Source: a virus
Taxonomy: Duplodnaviria; Caudoviricetes
IMG/VR virus record: IMGVR_UViG_3300003320_000853
Length of the DNA stretch: 64,000 nt
Direction: 5' to 3' (one strand)
Part shown: piece by piece, positions 36,805 through 47,081 of the stretch
Position numbering within the stretch: the stretch's first letter is position 1
How the letters are laid out: each line of letters begins with the position of its first letter
Made by a program: the position numbers and the translations under genes
The notes under the pieces: model-generated
What the model saw: the letters and a program-made list of their open reading frames with translations, nothing else
Database searches by the model: none
Told to the model about the DNA's origin: nothing

Positions 36805-38508
36805 ATGATCTTCCTGCGATGTGCCCTCGCCATGGCGATCCTTGCGGTGTCGCTTCCGGCAGAAGCGTTCAGCTACCCCGAGCACTTCATCCTCACGCGG
36901 CACGCCTTGAAGGCCGAGCGCGGCTCGAACAGCCGGGTGTGGGCAGACCTTGAGCACTTCTTTTCCGATGTGCCCCTGAGCCTTGCATCGAGGCTCGATC
37001 CCGAGAAGTTCGACCTCGCCGACATACCCGCGCTCGCGGGTGACCATTCGGTGTCGCCTCACCACCTCGTTCAGCGTTGGTTGCGAGGGCCGTCGAATGC
37101 CGGATCGTGCCAGCTCCGCAATCTCGGGGACGCTCTTGGAGACATCACCGCGAATACGGAATCCCCAACCGTATGTGCCTCCCGGGTCGATAATGACCCT
37201 TGCAACCGCAACGTCCTCCTTGCAGTGGTGCGGCAGTACCAGAACGGGGACGAAGTGGTGCAGAGCACGGCGGACATCGACCCCCAGCTCGCCACTGCGG
37301 ATTGTTCCTACGTCTGCCTTGCAGAGCGTGGGTCGACACACTTTCGGCTTCCCAATGTCCCGATCGAGAAGGCTTCGCACACCGACACCCCCAACGCGGC
37401 CCTCTCCTACGCCCGTTGGCACACGGTGGCTCTTCTGATCGCGGGTCGGTCTCATGACCGCGTGGAGGACGCCGGACACTTCCGTGCCGTGGCGATGATC
37501 TACGAGCTCTTCGCCTTGCACTACTTGCAGGATGGTGTTGCGGCCGGGCACATGATCACGCCCTCGGGCTACGGGAACATGACGATCTTGGCGACTCACG
37601 ATCTCTACAACCGCATCGGGGTCTCCATCCGGCTGTCGGAAGCGGTATGCGAGCGGCTCCCGGCGGATCGGTTCCCTCGTCTTCGCCAGCAATGTGCGAG
37701 GCCGGGTCATCTTGCGGTCGTTCGTGGGGATCACGCCATCGCCGATCAGACGGTTGCGCATGACCCCGCCGACGTGACGCAGGAGCTCGCTGAATTCGTG
37801 ACGGAGGTTTCTCTTCACGAGGTCTTGGCCGAGATGTCCGCACCCCGGATCGAGAGCACCTTCCAGGAGGAATCCGATGCCACAGTCGCGGCCTTCGATA
37901 CTTCGGATCCGAGCTGCGCCGCGGACTGGGACTGTCCGGCAAGGGACATGCGCCTCGGTGCGTCGATCCCAGGAGTTTGGGAGCACGACGGCTTCGGGGC
38001 CCTCGCCATGTGGCCCGTGTTGGCGACGCCGGAGAACCCCCCGCCGCTGGTCACGGAGCCCGGAGGCGGGAACTTGTATGTGCGGCTCACGACCGAGCTT
38101 GAGCACCGCATGATGGGCAGCGGGAGCATCGCCGCGGGGTACACGTTCCTTGCGCGGATGAAGGGTCGTCGTCTGGGTCTCACGGCCGGGGCGGTGCTCT
38201 CCTACGAGGCGAGCCATGTTGGGCTTGGCGTGCACGGGGCCGCGATCGTGCACTGGGTGCACATCGGGCCTGTGTCGTTTTTGAACGAGATCGGGATGAC
38301 CGTCGAGGGCATGCAAGGTTCGCATGTCCAGGGGAAGATCGCGGGCTACTTCTGCCCGATCTCGTACGACCTCACGGCCGATCGGGCATCTCTACGCGTT
38401 GGGATCTTGGGGGGGTTGACCGCGGGGCCCGATCCGACGGGTTGGACCGTCGGCCTGGGCATCTCTGCGACGATGCAGCGGCGTGGCGTCGCAGCCGACG
38501 CTCAGTGA
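36805..38508 (+). CDS. Secreted protein, possible Zn-dependent phospholipase C/P1 nuclease-like domain
   Basis: Signal peptide (AEA-F), EH near mature N-terminus, HYLQD..AAGH, HD.YN. Confidence 0.55.
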   Translation: MIFLRCALAMAILAVSLPAEAFSYPEHFILTRHALKAERGSNSRVWADLEHFFSDVPLSLASRLDPEKFDLADIPALAGDHSVSPHHLVQRWLRGPSNAGSCQLRNLGDALGDITANTESPTVCASRVDNDPCNRNVLLAVVRQYQNGDEVVQSTADIDPQLATADCSYVCLAERGSTHFRLPNVPIEKASHTDTPNAALSYARWHTVALLIAGRSHDRVEDAGHFRAVAMIYELFALHYLQDGVAAGHMITPSGYGNMTILATHDLYNRIGVSIRLSEAVCERLPADRFPRLRQQCARPGHLAVVRGDHAIADQTVAHDPADVTQELAEFVTEVSLHEVLAEMSAPRIESTFQEESDATVAAFDTSDPSCAADWDCPARDMRLGASIPGVWEHDGFGALAMWPVLATPENPPPLVTEPGGGNLYVRLTTELEHRMMGSGSIAAGYTFLARMKGRRLGLTAGAVLSYEASHVGLGVHGAAIVHWVHIGPVSFLNEIGMTVEGMQGSHVQGKIAGYFCPISYDLTADRASLRVGILGGLTAGPDPTGWTVGLGISATMQRRGVAADAQ

Positions 38509-39266
38509 ATGGCGATGAGCGTCTGAACCTCGGCCAGGCTCGCCTGGAAGACGGCGTTGCCCACGGTGTTCCAAGCCGCATCGGAGGCAGCCTGGACCGC
38601 GGCCTGTGCCGCCATATGGACCGCCTTCGGATCGGAGAGATCGGGGTCTGCCGCCGCGAACGCCTTGTTGCCTGCATCGAGGCCGATGAGGTACGACGCC
38701 TGCGAGCAAGCGGCGAAGATGCTGTCCGAGCCGTACCAGTCCTGGGGCAGGCCAGGGATGTTGTCCATGACCATGCCGTGGTTCCTGGTCGCGGTGGCGT
38801 CCCAGGTGGTCGACCACGGGTTCGTCGGGGTCATGGCCCTCTTCTGGGTGGCGAGCAAGAAGGCCTGCCGAGCGATGCCCGAGACCTCTTCCGGCGTGTA
38901 CTGTCCGGCCGTCGTGTCGCCCGGAGGCGAGAGCCAGTCGGTGTCCTTGATGCCGATTTCCGACATGTACGGCTCCAGGTAGCCCGTGGCCATGAAGTCC
39001 ATCGCGGAGAATTCCCGCATCGTCTCGGTGAGGAGATCGGAGGCGGAATTCTCCGCGCCCATGAACAGGAAGTTCGTCATGAACTGATCGGGGTGGATGC
39101 GGTTGAGGCGCGTGATGAACGCCCCGATCGGAGCGGACACCTTGTTGGGGTAGGGCGGAGCCGGCGGCCCCGGCACGATCTCTTCCGTCGCAGCGGGCGG
39201 CTCCACCGGCTGTCCGTTGCAGGCGGCGAGGAAAAGCGGGAGCAGGCAGAAAAAGCGCATTCGCAT
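38502..39266 (-). CDS. Lipoprotein
   Basis: Lipobox FLAAC; GGAGG upstream. Confidence 0.75.
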   Translation of the reverse strand: MRMRFFCLLPLFLAACNGQPVEPPAATEEIVPGPPAPPYPNKVSAPIGAFITRLNRIHPDQFMTNFLFMGAENSASDLLTETMREFSAMDFMATGYLEPYMSEIGIKDTDWLSPPGDTTAGQYTPEEVSGIARQAFLLATQKRAMTPTNPWSTTWDATATRNHGMVMDNIPGLPQDWYGSDSIFAACSQASYLIGLDAGNKAFAAADPDLSDPKAVHMAAQAAVQAASDAAWNTVGNAVFQASLAEVQTLIAIH

Positions 39267-39373
39267 GGGTATCCTCCAGGCGTTGAGTCGCCTGGCATTC
39301 CTGGAGCAAGAGGCAAGCCTACCTTGTGGGATGTACGTCCGAGACGTCGACTCGGTGTACTAGTTCCAGGTCT

Positions 39374-39577
39374 ATGGACAACGACCTCCGCAACATCATC
39401 CTCGGCTTCCTGGCTTTCGTGGCGATCGTCACCACCGGCATCGTGTTGACCCCTCCTGGGCAAGACTCGATCAAGGCGTGCGGCGACTCGTGTCAGCACA
39501 CGGGACGGGCGATGCTCAAGATGGACCGTGAGGGGTGCACGTGCGACGTTGTCCCCCAGCCTCCTATGCCGAAGTAG
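39374..39577 (+). CDS. Small membrane-anchored Cys-rich protein
   Basis: N-terminal TM; C..SC...CTC; GGTGTAC 13 nt upstream. Confidence 0.65.
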   Translation: MDNDLRNIILGFLAFVAIVTTGIVLTPPGQDSIKACGDSCQHTGRAMLKMDREGCTCDVVPQPPMPK

Positions 39578-39586
39578 GAACCGATC

Positions 39587-40069
39587 ATGGTCATTCGGAT
39601 CTCCCGCTGTCTTCACTGCGGCAACCGCTACGGGTATCAAGCGAGCGGGACAGGTTGTGGGCGCGCTGAGAACGACCCCCTCTACTGTCCGATCTGCAAA
39701 AAGGCTCAGAACGACGCGCTCCACGAGATTTCGCGCCGATTCGAGGGCCGATACCAGAACGTGCGGGATCTCCCCGCGTTCAGCGATATCACCTCGGAGA
39801 TGATGCTCGCGTGGGAGCGGGACGAGGAGGACGATCGGGAGCAGCGTCGGAACGACGGGCAACTCGTCGCCGTGCGCGTCTTCCCCGGACTCATCCGGCT
39901 GGAGACGGGAGAGTGTCAGAGGATCCGAGAAGTCGCGGCACAGGACGGACCTCACAAGGGGACGCGCTTCAAGGTCGCGTCGTGGCCCAATGACACGGAG
40001 GTCGAGGTCGCGATCCTTCGGGAGTACGACCTCGCCGAGATGAGGTTTACCGGCCGTCCCTGGCCGTGA
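39587..40069 (+). CDS. Hypothetical Zn-binding protein
   Basis: CLHC...CPIC. Confidence 0.7.
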   Translation: MVIRISRCLHCGNRYGYQASGTGCGRAENDPLYCPICKKAQNDALHEISRRFEGRYQNVRDLPAFSDITSEMMLAWERDEEDDREQRRNDGQLVAVRVFPGLIRLETGECQRIREVAAQDGPHKGTRFKVASWPNDTEVEVAILREYDLAEMRFTGRPWP

Positions 40070-40776
40070 TCCTCTTGTGGGAAGGCTCCGGCATGAGCCT
40101 TCCCACACCTCCCGCCGACTGGCTTCTCCTCGTCGATACAAGCGCCGCTCAAGGTCGTCTCGACTGCTCGGTCTTCGTCAAGGCAGGCGTCTCCGGCATC
40201 TGGCACAAGGCCACGGAGGGGCTCCACGATGTGGACACGCAGTGGAAGGCGTCGGCGGCCTCCTCGCTCGCGAACAAGCTCCCCTTCGGCGCCTACGGTG
40301 TCCTCGAACCCTACGGTTCGACCAAGGCCCAAGCGCAAGCCAACCACTTCTGCGACACCATCGAGAACACGGGGTGGACGCTGGCCCCCTGGCTCGACTT
40401 CGAGCTGGCCCATGGTGTGTCGGGTCTCGACGCCCTGACGGCGGCGGCCATCTGGTGCGATGCCGTCGAGCAGCGGCTCGGACGCGGGGTCTGCGTCTAC
40501 ACGGGGCCGAGCTTCATCCAGACCCTGGAGAAGTACGCCGGCCACACGGCAGATGCCGTTCTGGCCAAGCTCGGAGCTCGTCCTCTCGTGGTGGCCCACT
40601 ACAACGGCGGGCCCCCCAAGTCGCCCATGGTTCCTCCCCCGTGGAAGGACTGGACGATCTGGCAGGCGAGCGGCGATCATGCTGCGAAGATCCCCGGGAC
40701 GACCAAGGACATCGACGTCGATTTCTTCCGGGGGACGATCGACGACCTTCTGGGTATCGGGGTTTCCCTGGTGTAG
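40066..40776 (+). CDS. GH25 lysozyme (endolysin-like)
   Basis: DTS..QG, KATEG, GAY, LDFE, VYT, WTIWQ, D.D.F. Confidence 0.85.
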   Translation: MILLWEGSGMSLPTPPADWLLLVDTSAAQGRLDCSVFVKAGVSGIWHKATEGLHDVDTQWKASAASSLANKLPFGAYGVLEPYGSTKAQAQANHFCDTIENTGWTLAPWLDFELAHGVSGLDALTAAAIWCDAVEQRLGRGVCVYTGPSFIQTLEKYAGHTADAVLAKLGARPLVVAHYNGGPPKSPMVPPPWKDWTIWQASGDHAAKIPGTTKDIDVDFFRGTIDDLLGIGVSLV

Positions 40777-40785
40777 GGATCCGAC

Positions 40786-41097
40786 ATGTCGAAAGCATCG
40801 AAGAGCCTGGCCCGCGCCAAGCGAGCCGCAAACAAGCGGGCCGCGAAGGCGGCGAATCAGAAGCGGTGGTCGGAGTTCGCCGGCACGGAGACGAACCGCA
40901 AGAAGCGGCAGAACTCCCGCCGACTTTCGTACGGCCTGACGAAGCACACGCACCCGAACGGGGCCTGCGGCAACATCGGGTGCCTCAAGTGCTCGACGGT
41001 CGCCAAGACCGCCAAGGTACGGCTCGTCATGAAGACCGGCGGCATGTTCCACGCTCAGCGGGCGGCCGATCGTCTCGGGGTCATCCTCGCTCGATAA
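40786..41097 (+). CDS. Basic hypothetical protein
   Basis: GGTGTAG 9 nt upstream; CGNIGC..C. Confidence 0.7.
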   Translation: MSKASKSLARAKRAANKRAAKAANQKRWSEFAGTETNRKKRQNSRRLSYGLTKHTHPNGACGNIGCLKCSTVAKTAKVRLVMKTGGMFHAQRAADRLGVILAR

Positions 41098-41512
41098 GGT
41101 CCGTGGGATCGTCGAGAAGTCGCAGGATCTCCTGATTTTCCACACGTACGAGCTGCGCGATCTCCGCGGTCACCCTCTCAGTCTCAGCGGCCTTGAGCCG
41201 CGTAACGATGTCCCGGACCTGTCTGAGAAGCGCGGGCAGGTCCGGTGCGTCCAACTCGGAGATGGTGGCGTCGATGACGCTCACCGGGAGGTGGGTGAAA
41301 TCCTCGCCCTCCAACGTGGCACGGCCGAGAAGCCGAAGACCTCCCTGGAGGAGGTAGTTTCCCTGGCCAAAAGCATCTTTCATCGCGCCATCGGCTGCGA
41401 TGTACTCCTGGCATGGCCTGACCAGCGAGAGCGCCAGCTTGAGCCGATCCTCGGGGCGGCCTTCGATGTAATAGTTGATGACCTGATTGCGAACTTCGTC
41501 GGAGACTTTCAT
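41081..41512 (-). CDS. Hypothetical protein
   Basis: GGTGTAG 10 nt upstream. Confidence 0.7.
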   Translation of the reverse strand: MKVSDEVRNQVINYYIEGRPEDRLKLALSLVRPCQEYIAADGAMKDAFGQGNYLLQGGLRLLGRATLEGEDFTHLPVSVIDATISELDAPDLPALLRQVRDIVTRLKAAETERVTAEIAQLVRVENQEILRLLDDPTDLIERG

Positions 41513-41522
41513 GGGACGAGGA

Positions 41523-41538
41523 CTACACCGCGGTGTAC
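41523..41538. promoter_or_regulatory. Back-to-back GGTGTA elements forming a palindrome
   Basis: cTACACCGCGGTGTAc, 10 and 9 nt from divergent ATGs. Confidence 0.75.
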
Positions 41539-41547
41539 CTTCGCCGC

Positions 41548-42216
41548 ATGCCTGAACCTTCCATCGAGTGCCCCGTCGAGGGCTGCGGCTACACCCACAA
41601 CATGAACGAGTTGGAGGCTACTCAAGAGCGGCCTCTCATCCTGGAGTCGACCCGATCGCACAGGAACGAGGACGCCTGGCGCGACACGGATCACTTCAAC
41701 CTCGACGAGGAGCTGGCTAGGCTCCGTCGAGCGGTGCACGAAGTCCGCACGAACTTCCTGGCACAGCCCCGACCCAGGCATCTGCCGTGGGTGTTGAACC
41801 GATGCCTCTTCTCCGACGACTTCGTTGATTCGATGCGGGGGCTCCTCGGATTCATCTGCGAAGCCTTCGACAACATCGACGAGAACCTCGTGCGGCTCGG
41901 TCCGCTTCCACGGGCCTGGTTCGGGTCGTCTTCCCTCAACCCGCTCCGGCACATCGCCCGGGCGGCGTCCGTGTCGATCCACATCGACATGCGGGAGGGC
42001 AGGGTGACCGGCGATCTGCACATCCGGCTCATCAACGACCTCCTCATCGTCGCGCCTCTCGAATGGTTCCCCGCACTTCTCGGAGCGACCAACGAGCAGC
42101 TCCACAATTTTCGCGTCATCGGCGACGGGGTCGGGATCCAGTGGCCGGAGCTGGACGTCGACATCTCGATCCGCGGCATCCTCCTGCGGCAAGGCGAGGG
42201 CGAGGAGCCGGTGTAG
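41548..42216 (+). CDS. Protein with C-terminal DUF2442-like domain
   Basis: PLEWFPALLGATNEQL.NF.VIG.G.GIQWPELDVDISI.GIL. Confidence 0.75.
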   Translation: MPEPSIECPVEGCGYTHNMNELEATQERPLILESTRSHRNEDAWRDTDHFNLDEELARLRRAVHEVRTNFLAQPRPRHLPWVLNRCLFSDDFVDSMRGLLGFICEAFDNIDENLVRLGPLPRAWFGSSSLNPLRHIARAASVSIHIDMREGRVTGDLHIRLINDLLIVAPLEWFPALLGATNEQLHNFRVIGDGVGIQWPELDVDISIRGILLRQGEGEEPV

Positions 42217-42226
42217 CCTCGCTCCC

Positions 42227-42782
42227 ATGAGCGATCATTCTCACGACACCAAAACGATCGAGAGCGTCTACTTTCACTGGGGCAACGGCGGCCTGTCTTT
42301 CCGGGTCGGCGAGCACACCCACACCTGGACGACCGACTACACGCAAGAAACGCTCGACTCCTTCCCCAAGGAGACCGGGCCGCACGTCAACAAGACCCAC
42401 GTCTACGTCACCTACCGGATGGAGGTCGATGCCTCTCACCATGGGGGCGTGATGAAGACCTCTTTCGACCTCGGCAGCATGGAGATCGTTGGCTGGCTCC
42501 ACGAGATGACCGGCCGACTCCTCAAGCGCATGGCGAGCAAGCCCGACCAAGGTCGTCTTCGAGTATCATCCCCAGGGCGATGTCTCGATCGAAGATGGAC
42601 AGGAGAAAAAGTACGCCTTCCGCTTCAAGGACGGCAAGGTGACGCCTGTGGTCATGAAGCGGGTGGAGTTCTCAGGCCCCGGAATCGCGGGCGTTACCAC
42701 GGTCGAAGAGGGGGACGAGGAGACGAAGCTCAGTGACTTCGTCTCCCGTATCAACGGCGAGACGAAAGCGAACGATAACTAG
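42227..42782 (+). pseudogene. Hypothetical gene with apparent +1 frameshift near 42543
   Basis: Coding-like codon use moves to the +1 frame after AAG-CCC and runs to TAG at 42780-42782. Confidence 0.55.
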
Positions 42783-43480
42783 AGCAGGGAGACCTTCCCC
42801 GGATCGATGCCCGGCTGGGGGGTCGGGATCTTCGGGAGGATGTCGACGTTCGTGAACGTCGGGGTGTGCGCCCCGAACCAGCGGATCGCCACCGACATGC
42901 GACGGCGGCTCGCATCCGATCCCCCCTCGCACGATCCGCTGGCATAGGCCCGGAGTCCCTCCAGCGCCCCGTACTTCGAGCACGCCCCGATAGAGCCCCG
43001 CATCAGACGGTGGGCCGCGATGAAGCACTTCTTCCGATCCGCGATCAGCTCGGCTGCGGTCCAACCGAGCTCCACGTCCTTCGGGTCATCCTTCGGCGTC
43101 GCCCACTTCTTCGTCACCGTGTTCCACGGCTGCGTTCGACCGGATCCCACGTTGATCTGCATGAGGCAGACCGAGCGACCGCTATCCCCGCGGAGCAGAC
43201 CCTTGTCCACCTTCGCCGAGAAGCCCGACTCGAAGAACGCGGCCGAGAGCATCACGGATGCCGTCCGCGCGAGTCCCTGCTCTCCAGCGAAGAAGGACGG
43301 CTCGCTTGCCACAACCTCGGCGAGGTCTTGCGCGATCGATTCGTACCGGGTCTCCGTCTCCCGCGGTGTCTCCATCAGCCCCCCATATTGGGGTTGTCCC
43401 GGCGGGGCCTTGGCAGCGAGAAACGCGATGATCCAGGCCACGAATTCCTTCATAGTGTTCTCCAATCCCAGACTCCCCAT
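42779..43480 (-). CDS. Secreted lysozyme-like (lytic transglycosylase-like) protein
   Basis: Hydrophobic N-terminus; FESGF...GD.G.S.CLMQI...AY.SG; start may be 43453. Confidence 0.6.
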   Translation of the reverse strand: MGSLGLENTMKEFVAWIIAFLAAKAPPGQPQYGGLMETPRETETRYESIAQDLAEVVASEPSFFAGEQGLARTASVMLSAAFFESGFSAKVDKGLLRGDSGRSVCLMQINVGSGRTQPWNTVTKKWATPKDDPKDVELGWTAAELIADRKKCFIAAHRLMRGSIGACSKYGALEGLRAYASGSCEGGSDASRRRMSVAIRWFGAHTPTFTNVDILPKIPTPQPGIDPGKVSLL

Positions 43481-43581
43481 ACCACTATGGGGGAGGGGTT
43501 TCTACACCGGATTCCGTCCAGGGCAAGAAAAAAAGGCTTTTCTGGGGGTTGTAAGGGTCGTTTTGGTGTAGACTGCATGGG

Positions 43582-44061
43582 ATGGCCGACACGCGTAGAC
43601 TTTTCACCCGACATCGGATGTTCACGGGTCGGGAACCGACGGCGCTCCAAGCACGCCTCTATGAGGGCTTCCCGGGTGTCCTCGGCTTCTCCAGCCAGGA
43701 CAAGATCCCGGAGCAACTCGAAGCAGTCGCGATGCTGGGCATCGCGCAGACATGGCAGCAAGAGGGAGAGGAGGCCCCGAACAAGGTCTTTTTCCTCGTG
43801 CCCAATGCGACGTCGATGCTGTGGTGCCTCGAAGTTCTGAAGACGATGGCGAAGGATTTCTTCCAGACGGTCAAGGAGCGCCCGGTACCCAAGGACACCA
43901 AGATCAAGGTCGCCAAGACCGTCGGGGATCTCTTCAACCACCTCCAGATCGGCATCCCTCGGGACGCTGAGGGACCCCCTGAGCGGTGGGTGGCGTTCGG
44001 CTATCTCCACACAGATGCGGCCCAGCCGTCATGGATCCGGTCCCGTCTTCTCGTACCCTAG
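43582..44061 (+). CDS. Hypothetical protein
   Basis: GGTGTAG 10 nt upstream. Confidence 0.75.
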   Translation: MADTRRLFTRHRMFTGREPTALQARLYEGFPGVLGFSSQDKIPEQLEAVAMLGIAQTWQQEGEEAPNKVFFLVPNATSMLWCLEVLKTMAKDFFQTVKERPVPKDTKIKVAKTVGDLFNHLQIGIPRDAEGPPERWVAFGYLHTDAAQPSWIRSRLLVP

Positions 44062-44173
44062 CCCCTGGTGTAATAATTCATCGTGGTGGATCCCATGGGC
44101 AGGACAGAGGAGAGCCTTGGCGTCTTCGCGAGACAAGCGGCGTTCTTCGTCGTCCTTGGGCAAGGGGGCGGGG

Positions 44174-44959
44174 GTGTCTGATCCGCTCACGTCCTACTGG
44201 ACATTGATCGAGCCCCCAAAGCGGCGCGCCGCAGACGCCATCCTGGATACCCCAGAGAATTGCGCTCCCTTGGCCGTTTGGTTGTTGAACCTCGGACAGC
44301 CCGGAGCGTCGCCGATCTTGACCCTTCCGGGACGAGATCGGCTGGGGGTCTTCGAGCGTCTCAGGGTCCACGATGCCGAGGGGTCGTTCGCCGGCCGGAT
44401 CCGCATCGGCGAGGATCTTCCGCTCCCCTTCGTCACCGGGATCGTCCGGAACCTGATGCAGGCGCCGGAGCTCTCCGTTGAGGGCCCCCTCCGGGACTAC
44501 GCGGACAAGTCCTCCCACATCGCGCACGACGTATACCGGCTCCTCTGGGAGGGGAGGTTCATCCTCCGCGAGAAGCCGGGGGAGTTCGAGGAGTTCGTGA
44601 CGCAGATGGCCAAGTGGATCGGCTGGTGCTCGACGAGCGCCTACGTCGAGCGGGTCGTTTCCGGCCCACAAGAGCAAGCGGCCGTGCTCTGCTTCCTGAC
44701 GGCACTAGCGGCACAGAACGGCATCACGAAGCGCGTCATCCTGTGCCTTGACGGCATCGACCAGATTGAGGATCGCGGCCTCGCCAAGAACGTCATGGCC
44801 GTCCTCACCGAGGTGCGGCGGTGGGCTTTGCTCACCGCCTGTCCGTTCGGTCTCCTCCTTGGCTTCGCTGGTTCTCGGAGCGACGTCGCGAAGCTCCGGA
44901 AGCTCAACCCAACGCTCGGGGCCGAAGTCGACGAGGGCCTCGTCTGGACGAAGAAATAG
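44174..44959 (+). CDS. Hypothetical protein
   Basis: Long ORF; start uncertain. Confidence 0.65.
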   Translation: MSDPLTSYWTLIEPPKRRAADAILDTPENCAPLAVWLLNLGQPGASPILTLPGRDRLGVFERLRVHDAEGSFAGRIRIGEDLPLPFVTGIVRNLMQAPELSVEGPLRDYADKSSHIAHDVYRLLWEGRFILREKPGEFEEFVTQMAKWIGWCSTSAYVERVVSGPQEQAAVLCFLTALAAQNGITKRVILCLDGIDQIEDRGLAKNVMAVLTEVRRWALLTACPFGLLLGFAGSRSDVAKLRKLNPTLGAEVDEGLVWTKK

Positions 44960-44971
44960 GAGAAGATCGAC

Positions 44972-45475
44972 ATGATGCACATCGACACGACGATGGAGGT
45001 CGTCACCCTGGAGGCTCTGGAGGTCAATGAAGCCGAGGGTGTGCTGGCCGTCCTTGCAACGGCAGCTACGGCGGATGCCTCCGACGAGGTGTACCGTCGC
45101 GACGAGACTTCCCACGAGGAGCATATCATCTCGTCCGTCGCCGGGGCGAAGGCTCCAGGAGGCGTGGCGCTCCGGGAGCGGCATCTCTACGAGGCAGGGG
45201 AGTATCGCGTGGTTTCGTCGACCCGCGACCGGAAGTTGCGCCGGCAATTCCTCTTCAAGATCGACGAGATGGGTAGGCACTGTGCGAGGATCCAGATCCT
45301 GCCGGGGAGTGCTTCGGCCACGTGGATCATCGGGGACTACGACCCCGTGAGGTTCGATGGGACGCTCATCACCATCCACATCGACAACGGTCGGGTCGCC
45401 TCGATCGAGGCTGGCGAAGGTCATAGCCAGCGGCGCCTCACCGCGTGGGAGCAGCTCGACAACGACGCCCTCTAG
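44972..45475 (+). CDS. Hypothetical protein with C-terminal tag (RLTAWEQLDNDAL)
   Basis: AGGAG upstream; shared tail motif. Confidence 0.75.
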   Translation: MMHIDTTMEVVTLEALEVNEAEGVLAVLATAATADASDEVYRRDETSHEEHIISSVAGAKAPGGVALRERHLYEAGEYRVVSSTRDRKLRRQFLFKIDEMGRHCARIQILPGSASATWIIGDYDPVRFDGTLITIHIDNGRVASIEAGEGHSQRRLTAWEQLDNDAL

Positions 45476-45492
45476 GCGGTGTAGTTCTGGGG

Positions 45493-46602
45493 GTGCCGTA
45501 CTGCCCGAATTGCAGGACTGAATCCGTCAACTCAAGGCTGTGCCATCGCTGCATCAGCTCGCTCCGAGGCCAGATCGATGGCGGGCGTGTTTGCTATCGG
45601 TGTGGACTCGCAGAGCGCTCCGTTGGAGGATCTTTCTGTGCCTTCCAGGATCTGGACGGAGAGATTACCTTCGTGGAGCATTCCTTCACCCCTCTCCCGG
45701 ATCTCCCGCGAGATGAGCGCTTCGAGGCACTCGAAAGGGTCGCGGCGAACGTTCGGAGGGACAGGGATCAGGAAGAGCGTTGCATGGGATGCGGGGCGAC
45801 GCGGGAGCGTGCCGCGGAGTACCACTGTTGGGAGAAGAACCACGTGTTCATGGCGGATCTCTTCCGGCCGGCGGAGCCTCCTCCTCCCGAGCCTTACCAG
45901 GAGGAGATCAGCATGGACGAGACGCCGCCCGGTCTTGGGTTGAGCGGCGAGCGCTTCGACCTTCGGTGCGCCGACTGCGGCAAGAACTTCCTCCGGCTCA
46001 AGAAATCCGCCCACGGACACTTCTACGGCTGCACGAGCTGGCCCGAGTGTGCAGGGACGCACGGGGCACATCCGGACGGTCGCCCCAAGGGAATTCCGGG
46101 GGATAAGAAGACCCGGCTCGCCCGCATCGAGGCCCACAACGTCTTCGACCAGCTCTTCAAGGGCCCGAAGAGCCAGATGTCCGTGAGCGAGGCGTACTTC
46201 TGGATGGCCCAGGAGATGAAGCTTTCGGAAGCGGACGCCCACATTGCCCGCTTCACCGTCGAGCAGTGCAACCAGCTCATCCGCCTCGTGAACGTGAAGC
46301 TCGGGCCCACCGGGTGGGACGCCATCCTGGGGGACGAGGATCCGTTCGGCGCATCCGAGGTCGTGGCCGAACAGGAAGGGACAAGACCTCCCGCTCCTCG
46401 GCCGCCGAGCGGGGATCGCTACACGATCACCGAGTTCAGCGATGGGTGTCTGGACGGGAGCTGGACGGACGACGACGGGATCGGATACTTCGGCACCGCG
46501 ACGGCGGAGTTCCACGAGGATCCGGTCTCCTGTGCCGCCTTCGAGGAGGACAACACGTACATCCCCCCGGGATGTACCCACGTCTGGTGGTACAACAAGT
46601 GA
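45493..46602 (+). CDS. Multi-zinc-finger protein (topoisomerase C4 ribbon + DUF3268-like) with internal tag
   Basis: CADCG...FYGC.SWPEC; G.P...R.AR..AH..FD.L....AY.WMA....HIA.F..EQC; GPTGWDAILGDEDPFG. Confidence 0.75.
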   Translation: MPYCPNCRTESVNSRLCHRCISSLRGQIDGGRVCYRCGLAERSVGGSFCAFQDLDGEITFVEHSFTPLPDLPRDERFEALERVAANVRRDRDQEERCMGCGATRERAAEYHCWEKNHVFMADLFRPAEPPPPEPYQEEISMDETPPGLGLSGERFDLRCADCGKNFLRLKKSAHGHFYGCTSWPECAGTHGAHPDGRPKGIPGDKKTRLARIEAHNVFDQLFKGPKSQMSVSEAYFWMAQEMKLSEADAHIARFTVEQCNQLIRLVNVKLGPTGWDAILGDEDPFGASEVVAEQEGTRPPAPRPPSGDRYTITEFSDGCLDGSWTDDDGIGYFGTATAEFHEDPVSCAAFEEDNTYIPPGCTHVWWYNK

Positions 46603-46898
46603 GCCGGCCCGCCCACCGCTACCCGCCCGGCTGGAAGCCGACGCCAACGCTCCCCCACGTGGCGAAGCTCCTCCGGGACATCGCGCCGACGAAGAAGCGG
46701 GACGACATCCGTTGCACGTGCGGTGCCTTCATGAGGCTCATCGACGGGCCGTACAGTCGGTTCTACGGATGCCGCCGGTGGCCCGACTGCAAGGGTCGCG
46801 TCCCCGCGGGATTCGATGGAGCACCCTTCGGCAAGCCCACTCCAAACCCCACGTGGCATGAGCATCTGCTCGCGTCCGATCCATTCGGGGACTCATGA
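46599..46898 (+). CDS. Topoisomerase-type C4 zinc ribbon protein with C-terminal tag (NPTWHEHLLASDPFGDS)
   Basis: CTCG..M....G....FYGC.RWPDC. Confidence 0.75.
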   Translation: MSRPAHRYPPGWKPTPTLPHVAKLLRDIAPTKKRDDIRCTCGAFMRLIDGPYSRFYGCRRWPDCKGRVPAGFDGAPFGKPTPNPTWHEHLLASDPFGDS

Positions 46899-47081
46899 GC
46901 GAGGACGCCGCCCGCGAAGCATTCCTGCGGATGTTGGAGCACGACGAAGAAGAGGGTCGACAGGATCGGACTACCTTCACCCGTGTGCGATTTTCGTGAG
47001 AGGGTTCCGGTGCTCGAACAAGTACCGATGGGCGGGTCGTCTGTATCTCGCCGAGATGTACAAGCGCCGCCAGCGGAAGGT

